A stretch of 64,000 bases of DNA from contig JBAXUW010000002.1 of assembly GCA_037129495.1 (NCBI GenBank), positions 5,498 through 69,497 on the forward strand. Direction: 5' to 3'. This document shows, in pieces, positions 56,273 through 64,000 of the stretch (positions are counted from its first letter, which is position 1; each line of letters starts with the position of its first letter). The stretch is from Planctomycetota bacterium (GTDB taxonomy: Bacteria; Planctomycetota; Planctomycetia; Pirellulales; UBA1268). Both the position numbers and the translations under genes were made by a program. The notes beneath the pieces were generated by a model. It did no database searches. It saw nothing but the letters and a program-made list of their open reading frames with translations, and was not told where the DNA came from.

Positions 56273-56382
56273 TTGGATGGCGAGAGAGTCTGGCAGAGTG
56301 GGGTTTTCGAAGCTAAAGTTTCAGGAATGATGCTGCTTCGTCGTTCCCTGTCATTTTCCTTCTTCGCTCAGGACCCATTTGT

Positions 56383-57690
56383 ATGCGAATCGCAGTTGTC
56401 GGCACCGGTTACGTGGGGCTTGTCACCGGCACCTGTTTTGCCGACAGCGGCAATACGGTGACCTGTCTCGACATCAACGCTGACAAGATCGCTCGGCTCA
56501 ACCGCGGGGAGATCCCAATCTACGAGCCCGGCCTTGAGGAGCTTGTGCTCAGTAATGCGAAGTCAAAGCGGCTGCTCTTTACGACAGACACCGCAGCGGC
56601 GATCTCCTCAGCAGAGGTCGTCTTCCTCGCCGTCGGTACGCCGCCGTCGGCGGACGGTTCCGCCGATCTGTCGGCACTCTGGAGGGTGGTCGACACAATC
56701 GCAGAACACCTCGATCCGCAGGCCGTCGTGGTCACGAAGAGCACGGTGCCGGTCGGCACTTGCGAAAAGATCGAGTCGCGGCTCAAAGCGCGCCTCGGCA
56801 GGAGCTGCCGCGTGGCGAGTAACCCTGAGTTTTTGAAAGAGGGCGCCGCCATCGACGACTTCCAGAAGCCCGACCGTGTGGTCGTGGGTGTGCGTTCGGC
56901 CGAAGTGGGTGATATTCTGAAGCGTCTCTACCAACCGTTTCTGCGGACGGAGCATCCGTTTCTCGTCATGTCACCCGAAAGCTCAGAGATGACGAAGTAT
57001 GTGGCCAACGCGCTGCTCTCGACAAAGATCAGCTTCATTAACGAAGTGGCCAACCTCTGCGAGCGGATAGAGGCCGACATCGATGACGTTCGTCGCGGTA
57101 TCGGCCACGACAGCCGGATCGGATTCGCGTTTCTCTTTCCGGGCGTGGGCTACGGCGGTAGCTGCTTTCCTAAAGACGTTCAGGCGCTCGCCTCGATGGC
57201 CCGCGACAAGGGAATGACGCCGCGGATCCTCTCTGCCGTCCACGACACAAACCTCGCCCAGAAGCAGGTGTTGGGTGCCAAGATCGCCGCCCACTTTGCC
57301 GGTCAGTTGGCCGGTCGGCGGATCGCCGTCTGGGGGCTGGCCTTCAAGCCCAAGACGGACGACATCCGGGATGCCCCTGCGATAGAACTGATCGAACAAT
57401 TGCTCGCCGGCGGTGCGGAGGTGGCCGTTTACGACCCTGCGGCGCTGGACAACGTGCGGGCCATCTACGGCGACCGCCTGACCTACGCCGCCAGCGCGAT
57501 GGAGGCTCTCGACAACGCCGACTGCCTGGCGATCGTTACCGAGTGGGGGACCTTCCGGCATCCGGACTTCGGCGAGATGGCCCGCCGGATGCGGTCGCCC
57601 GCGGTCTTTGACGGCCGGAATCTCTATTCGCCGCGGGAGATGCGGGACCGCGGCTTTGCCTACCAGTCGATTGGCCGGGCTCCCGTCTGA
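56383..57690 (+). CDS. ugd: UDP-glucose 6-dehydrogenase
   Basis: [27 protein letters not shown]....[17 protein letters not shown] and GGSCFPKD (catalytic Cys). Confidence 0.94.
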   Translation: MRIAVVGTGYVGLVTGTCFADSGNTVTCLDINADKIARLNRGEIPIYEPGLEELVLSNAKSKRLLFTTDTAAAISSAEVVFLAVGTPPSADGSADLSALWRVVDTIAEHLDPQAVVVTKSTVPVGTCEKIESRLKARLGRSCRVASNPEFLKEGAAIDDFQKPDRVVVGVRSAEVGDILKRLYQPFLRTEHPFLVMSPESSEMTKYVANALLSTKISFINEVANLCERIEADIDDVRRGIGHDSRIGFAFLFPGVGYGGSCFPKDVQALASMARDKGMTPRILSAVHDTNLAQKQVLGAKIAAHFAGQLAGRRIAVWGLAFKPKTDDIRDAPAIELIEQLLAGGAEVAVYDPAALDNVRAIYGDRLTYAASAMEALDNADCLAIVTEWGTFRHPDFGEMARRMRSPAVFDGRNLYSPREMRDRGFAYQSIGRAPV

Positions 57691-57822
57691 TGCGGGCAGT
57701 TTGACACCTGACCGGTTGCAGGGTTCAATCTCGCTGCCGCAGCGGGTCTCACCACCTGCGCCGCCGTCGATCCACGGTCTCTGTCCGAAACCGCTTTTTC
57801 CTATCCTGGAGCCCATTCAATC

Positions 57823-60396
57823 GTGAAACGTGCCCCCCCTTGTCTTGCCACGTGCGTCGCTCTGGCCGCAATCCTACTGCCCCTCGCCGGTTGCGGCGGG
57901 AACGCCTCGGCAGACCCAGCTATCGGGCCGACCGGCTGGACGAATCTAATCTACGGGTTCTGGTGGCTGGTGGGCGTGGTTGGGTCGTCGCTGGCGCTGT
58001 ATCAGGCTTGGCAGTTTTTCCAGTGGATGGAGAGCCAACCGGTGGGCACGCCCGACATGGTGCGGATCGCCGGCTACGTTCAGACGGGCGCGGATGCCTA
58101 CCTCAAGCAGCAGCGGAAGGTCCTCTACTGGGTGTTTGGCGCAGTCTGCCTGCTGCTGCTCTGGATGGCCTTTGGCCTGGGCGTGCAGAGCGGCTGGGTG
58201 CCGCTAGCCTTTCTCTCCGGGGGTTTCTTTTCGGGACTTGCCGGCTGGTGCGGCATGAAGACGGCGACCCTCGCCAGCAATCGCACCGCCGCTGCAGCGG
58301 AGCGGTCGCTCAACGACGGCCTTCAAGTGGCCTTCCGCTCTGGTGCCGTGATGGGGCTGACAGTCGTGGGCCTGGGACTCCTCGACATCATGCTTTGGTT
58401 CTTCATTCTCTACTGGCTCGTGCCGCTGTTTGGCAAGCCGCTGTCGCTGCAGGAGATCACCGTCACGATGCTCTGCTTCGGCATGGGCGCGAGCACGCAG
58501 GCGCTCTTTGCCCGCGTGGGCGGTGGCATCTTTACGAAGGCGGCCGACGTCGGCGCTGACCTCGTCGGCAAGGTGGAAGCGGGCATTCCCGAGGACGACG
58601 CCCGCAACCCCGCCACCATCGCGGATAATGTCGGTGACAACGTCGGTGACGTGGCCGGCATGGGTGCGGATCTCTACGAAAGCTACTGCGGCAGCATTCT
58701 CGCCACCGCGGCGCTCGGCGTGGCCGCCTTTCCGGACAACTACGCGATGCAGATGGCTGCGATCTTCCTGCCGATGGCCATCGCCTCGGTCGGCACGCTC
58801 CTCTCTATCTGGGGTATTTTCCAGGTCCGAACGGGGGATGATTCCTCGCAGAAATCGCTCTTGGCGGCCCTCGCCAAGGGGATCAATTTCTCGACCGCCG
58901 CAATCGTGGGGGCGTCGTTTGTGGTGACGTTTCTGATGATGGGCGGGGTGAAGCACCTGGGCATCGCCATGGCGGTGGTCGTCGGCCTCGTCGCTGGCTG
59001 GCTGATTGGCAAGTGGACTGAATACTCGACCAGCAACGAATATAAACCGACTCAGGAACTCGCCGATCAGGCTCTCACGGGCCCCGCCACGATCATCATC
59101 GGCGGCATCGCTGAGGGCATGCTCAGCACGTGGGCTCCGGTCCTCATTACGGGCGTTGCCACGCTCCTGGCCTTCGGTTTCGCGAACGGCTTTAGCTTCA
59201 AAGACCCGAGCGTCTTTGCGCTGGGTCTCTACGGCGTGGGCATCGCCGCCGTCGGCATGCTCTCCACGCTGGGCATTACGCTGGCGACTGACGCCTACGG
59301 ACCAATCGCCGACAACGCCGGAGGCAATGCCCAGATGGCCGGCCTGCCGGCGATCGTCCGCGAGCGGACCGACGCCCTCGACGCCCTCGGCAATACAACG
59401 GCCGCGACTGGCAAGGGCTTTGCGATCGGGTCGGCGGCTCTCACGGCGCTGGCGTTACTGGCTGCCTACATCGAGGAGGTGAGGATCGGTTTCGATCGCT
59501 GGGGCCACGCGGCGGTCGCCTACGACACGCGGGACGGCGTGCAGAGCCTGACTGTGGCTGGCAAGAATGTCGAACTCAAGGAGGGTGACTGGGTGAAATT
59601 GGCCAGTGGCTTGGCCCTCAAGATCGGCGACAAGCCAGAGCGCAACACGACCTGGATGGTGCTCGATAATCAAGCGATCCCAGACTTTGGCAAGCTGCCC
59701 TTCCTCACTCCGATCGAAGGTGTGACCCCAGAATTCATGAACACCCTCGAGAAATCCAACCGGCTTGTCAGCGCGAAGAAAGCCTTCATGGCCGACTACA
59801 TGCGGTTTTACGACGTGACCCTCATGAACCCGAAGGTGCTGGTGGGGCTCTTCATTGGTGCCATGAGCACATTTATATTTTGTGCTCTGACCATGAAGGC
59901 CGTGGGCCGGGCCGCGAAGGGCATGGTGGAGGAGGTCCGGCGGCAGTTCCGTGAGAAACCAGGCATCATGCTGGGCACCGAAACGCCCGACTATGCCACG
60001 CCGGTCGCGATCAGCACCAAAGCTGCCCAACAAGAAATGATCTTACCGTCGGTGCTGGCGCTGGCCTTGCCCGTTTTTACGGGCCTGTTGCTCGGTGTGG
60101 GAGGCGTGATGGGTCTGCTCGTGGGTGGCCTCACCACCGGCTTTTGCGTGGCCGTCTTTATGGCCAATGCGGGGGGCGCCTGGGACAACGCCAAAAAGCA
60201 TATTGAGGCAGGCGCGCATGGCGGCAAGGGGAGCGATGCCTACAAGGCGGCCGTCGTGGGCGACACGGTGGGCGATCCGTTTAAAGACACCAGCGGGCCG
60301 AGCCTGAACATCCTCGTGAAGTTGATGAGCATGGTGAGCGTGGTGGTCGCCGGCCTCGTCGTGCGATATTCGCTGGAAGCGCTCGGAATCTTTTGA
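57823..60396 (+). CDS. hppA: Membrane-integral ion-translocating pyrophosphatase (H+/Na+-PPase)
   Basis: [73 protein letters not shown] and [10 protein letters not shown]. 857 aa, GTG start. Has an N-terminal lipobox-like leader and a long loop insertion (see findings). Confidence 0.94.
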   Translation: MKRAPPCLATCVALAAILLPLAGCGGNASADPAIGPTGWTNLIYGFWWLVGVVGSSLALYQAWQFFQWMESQPVGTPDMVRIAGYVQTGADAYLKQQRKVLYWVFGAVCLLLLWMAFGLGVQSGWVPLAFLSGGFFSGLAGWCGMKTATLASNRTAAAAERSLNDGLQVAFRSGAVMGLTVVGLGLLDIMLWFFILYWLVPLFGKPLSLQEITVTMLCFGMGASTQALFARVGGGIFTKAADVGADLVGKVEAGIPEDDARNPATIADNVGDNVGDVAGMGADLYESYCGSILATAALGVAAFPDNYAMQMAAIFLPMAIASVGTLLSIWGIFQVRTGDDSSQKSLLAALAKGINFSTAAIVGASFVVTFLMMGGVKHLGIAMAVVVGLVAGWLIGKWTEYSTSNEYKPTQELADQALTGPATIIIGGIAEGMLSTWAPVLITGVATLLAFGFANGFSFKDPSVFALGLYGVGIAAVGMLSTLGITLATDAYGPIADNAGGNAQMAGLPAIVRERTDALDALGNTTAATGKGFAIGSAALTALALLAAYIEEVRIGFDRWGHAAVAYDTRDGVQSLTVAGKNVELKEGDWVKLASGLALKIGDKPERNTTWMVLDNQAIPDFGKLPFLTPIEGVTPEFMNTLEKSNRLVSAKKAFMADYMRFYDVTLMNPKVLVGLFIGAMSTFIFCALTMKAVGRAAKGMVEEVRRQFREKPGIMLGTETPDYATPVAISTKAAQQEMILPSVLALALPVFTGLLLGVGGVMGLLVGGLTTGFCVAVFMANAGGAWDNAKKHIEAGAHGGKGSDAYKAAVVGDTVGDPFKDTSGPSLNILVKLMSMVSVVVAGLVVRYSLEALGIF

Positions 60397-60462
60397 GCCC
60401 GCTCGTGCCCGGTCTTTTGTCTGGGAGTCTTGTGCCACCGCTCCCGGCTTTCCGCCGGGTAA

Positions 60463-61593
<1,131 letters not shown>

Positions 61594-61703
61594 GAGCCGC
61601 CGCAGCCTGTTCGGGCTTGTCCGTCGGTCACGCGTCGCACTACATTTGCGGGTCTGCCGAAAGGCCCACTGTCGGTCGATTTGGTCCGTTTTGAGGAGTT
61701 GCC

Positions 61704-62108
61704 ATGCACCCCGCGTCGCCCACCATGTCTGCAGTCCACCTGCTTGCAGTCGGCGGTCCGCCGCCTCGTCCGCTGGAACTGCTCATCACCTACCTGCCGA
61801 TGGCGATGATCGTGCTGGTGGCCTGGATGATGCTCTACCGGCCGGAGCGTCAGCGGATGAGGCAGCACCAGGAACTCCTGACGAGCCTGAAGAAAAATGA
61901 CCGCGTTCTCACAAGCTCTGGTATTTACGGCACCGTGGCGAATGTAGATCACGATGCCGACCGCGTCTTGCTTCGGGTCGACGAGGCGGGCAACGTGAAG
62001 ATCGCCGTCACGCTGTCGAGCATCGCCAAAGTGCTGACTGACAAACTGACTGACAAGGGTGAAAAATCCTCGGAATATGGCGGGGGAGAGGCCGGCGGCG
62101 CTGCTTGA
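61704..62108 (+). CDS. yajC: Preprotein translocase subunit YajC
   Basis: One TM helix (LPMAMIVLVAWMMLY), then RPERQRMRQHQELLTSLKKNDRVLTSSGIYGTVANVD. The start could be a few codons downstream. Confidence 0.85.
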   Translation: MHPASPTMSAVHLLAVGGPPPRPLELLITYLPMAMIVLVAWMMLYRPERQRMRQHQELLTSLKKNDRVLTSSGIYGTVANVDHDADRVLLRVDEAGNVKIAVTLSSIAKVLTDKLTDKGEKSSEYGGGEAGGAA

Positions 62109-62197
62109 TTGACTGCTTCCCGGCCCGGCGCGGCCGCCTTCGCTCCTACGACCCCCACACTGCACACGATTTTCCTGAAAACTGAAACGAGAACGGC

Positions 62198-64000
62198 ATG
62201 AATAGTTTCCCCACCATGATCACCATGATCCAGTTGTTTGCCCAGGCCGCCGATGTGGCGACGGCGGCTGCCACTGCTCCGACAACAGCCCTCCCGGCCG
62301 GGCAGTGGTGGCGGGAGCCCTGGGCTGTCTGGGCCGTAGCGCTGCTCACGATTGTCGTACCGACCCTGCTCGCTTGGCTGTTCGCCAAGCGACTGCGGGC
62401 CGCCGACATGTGGGGCCGATTGGCAACGGTGCTCGTCGCGCTCACTGCCGGTGCCGTGATCACTTGGTTCGGCTGGCCGCCACGGCTCGGCATCGACTTG
62501 AAGGGGGGCGTGATCCTCGTCTATGAAGTCGATGCGTCGAAGGTGGCGGAGAAGAGCGAAGGCGAGGGATCAGCCGGGCAGAGGTCCGCGCCAGTTGATA
62601 TGGACAAGCTCGTGGCGGCCGTGAGCCGCCGTGTCAATCCGGGCGGCCAGAAGGAAGTGACCGTTCGCCGCTACGGCCTCGATCAACTCGAGGTGATCGT
62701 GCCCGATGTCGATCAGTCGGAGGTTGATCTCATCAAGCGGGTGGTCTCGAGCGCCGGCGTGCTCGAATTCCGGATCACGGCCAATCCCGAGGATCCGCGG
62801 CATAAGCAGGTCATCGAGTTAGGTACCCGTTCTCCCGGCACAACCGTGACCGAGAGCGGCCGGCAGATCGGCCGCTGGGTGCAACTTGATACCACCAAGA
62901 TCAATCCTGTCACCGATGGTGGCCTGGTCACGCGAACCATGCCCGACGGCCGTGTCGAGGTGTTAGTCGTGCTCGACCGATTTAACGTCACGGGTGGGTA
63001 TCTTAGCCGCTCCTCTGCAAGCTACGACAGCAACCTGCAGCCCTGCGTCAACTTCTCATTTACCTCGTCTGGGGCGGCGCTCTTCGGCACGCTCACCGGC
63101 CAAAACCTGCCCGATCCTGCGAATCGGCTCACGAGCCGACTAGGTATCCTGCTCGACGACACGCTCCTCTCAGCGCCGACGATCCGTAGCATCATCTCAG
63201 GCGACGGCCAGATCACCGGGAGCTTCAAGCAGGCCGATGTCGAATTCCTGGTGGGTGTGCTCAATGCCGGCAGCCTGCCGGCGGCCCTCGTGAGTGAGCC
63301 GATCAGCGAGCAAAAGATTAGCCCCCAACTCGGGGCTGACACAATTCGCTCTGGCGCCCGTGCCATGCTGCTGGCGACGATCGTGGTGCTGGGGTTTATG
63401 CTCGCCTACTACCGGTTCTCGGGCTTTGTTGCCGATCTGGCAGTGTTGCTCAACATCCTCCTGGTCGTGTCGTTGATGATTTCGCTCAAGGCGGCGTTTA
63501 CGCTAGCCGGTCTGGCCGGGCTCGTGCTCTCCGTCGGTATGGCGGTCGATGCCAACGTGCTCATCTACGAACGCATGCGTGAGGAAACCGAACGCGGGGC
63601 GGCGGTCCGGATGGCCATCCGCAACGGCTTCCAGCGGGCCTTCTCCACGATCATCGACTCGAATCTCACAACACTGATCACGGCCGTGGTGCTGTTTGCA
63701 ATGGGCACCGACCAACTCAAGGGCTTCGCCGTCACGCTGATCCTCGGCCTGGTGCTGAATATCTTCACGGCGGTGTTTTGTTCCCGCGTGGCATTCGACC
63801 TCGCCGAACGGAATGGCTGGCTCCGCCGGCTCTCGATGGCCAAGCTTTTCGGCAATACCAACTTCGAGTTTGTCCGCTGGGTAAGGCCGGCGATCCTCGG
63901 CTCGCTGGCGTTTATCCTGCTGGGGCTGGCCGCCGCCTGGCAGCGTGGGCAGGGGCTCTTCGATATCGACTTCACCGGTGGCACCAGCGTGCAGGTGGCG
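62198..64000 (+). CDS. secDF: Protein translocase subunit SecDF fusion (3' end beyond the window)
   Basis: This ORF is not in the supplied track because it has no stop. I translated from the ATG at 62198 and the frame stays open to 64000. It contains LGIDLKGGVILVYEV, GVLEFRI, LGADTIRSGARAM, GLAGLVLSVGMAVDANVLIYERMREE and TLITAVVLFAMGT.QLKGFAVTLILG. SecF-like FDIDFTGGTSVQV follows at the window end. Confidence 0.9.
   Translation, partial: MNSFPTMITMIQLFAQAADVATAAATAPTTALPAGQWWREPWAVWAVALLTIVVPTLLAWLFAKRLRAADMWGRLATVLVALTAGAVITWFGWPPRLGIDLKGGVILVYEVDASKVAEKSEGEGSAGQRSAPVDMDKLVAAVSRRVNPGGQKEVTVRRYGLDQLEVIVPDVDQSEVDLIKRVVSSAGVLEFRITANPEDPRHKQVIELGTRSPGTTVTESGRQIGRWVQLDTTKINPVTDGGLVTRTMPDGRVEVLVVLDRFNVTGGYLSRSSASYDSNLQPCVNFSFTSSGAALFGTLTGQNLPDPANRLTSRLGILLDDTLLSAPTIRSIISGDGQITGSFKQADVEFLVGVLNAGSLPAALVSEPISEQKISPQLGADTIRSGARAMLLATIVVLGFMLAYYRFSGFVADLAVLLNILLVVSLMISLKAAFTLAGLAGLVLSVGMAVDANVLIYERMREETERGAAVRMAIRNGFQRAFSTIIDSNLTTLITAVVLFAMGTDQLKGFAVTLILGLVLNIFTAVFCSRVAFDLAERNGWLRRLSMAKLFGNTNFEFVRWVRPAILGSLAFILLGLAAAWQRGQGLFDIDFTGGTSVQVA

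Overview
This is a GC-rich bacterial chromosomal core segment. It most likely comes from a member of the Planctomycetota. The evidence is an adjacent DUF1549/DUF1553 + DUF1501 gene pair, lineage-restricted hypothetical families, ribosomal proteins with long basic tails, and wide spacers inside the r-protein operons. I can support about 65 protein genes. I see no rRNA, tRNA, CRISPR array, transposase, integrase or phage genes.

Layout:
- Left arm (0-17 kb): a PAP2-like protein, a Lys/Ala-rich basic protein, a 12-bp minisatellite next to decayed gene fragments, aroB, an orphan ParA-like ATPase, a large hypothetical protein, rpmA-obg, a fatty-acid desaturase, coaX, rsfS, argS and a divergent EF-G paralogue.
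- Centre (17.7-35.1 kb): the S10-spc-alpha ribosomal superoperon, rpsJ through rplQ, including secY-adk-map. rpmD and infA are absent.
- Right arm (35-64 kb): the DUF1549/DUF1553 + DUF1501 pair, a MATE-transporter remnant, speA, nadE, ldhA, a block of lineage-restricted hypotheticals, pckA, gpx, a translationally coupled GT-C/GT-C/GT2 glycosylation operon, gyrA, ugd, a membrane pyrophosphatase, tgt, yajC and a secDF fusion that runs off the window end.

I do not see a clear self-contained novel system such as a defence island or a mobile element. The best candidates for follow-up are:
- the coupled GT39-GT39-GT2 operon;
- the uncharacterised DUF1549/DUF1501 pair abutting a truncated MATE gene;
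- the pyrophosphatase with a lipobox leader and a roughly 110-aa loop insertion;
- the divergent EF-G;
- the GATC/CTAG-rich minisatellite;
- several conserved hypothetical genes.

All family assignments come from motif recognition by eye and need HMM or BLAST confirmation.
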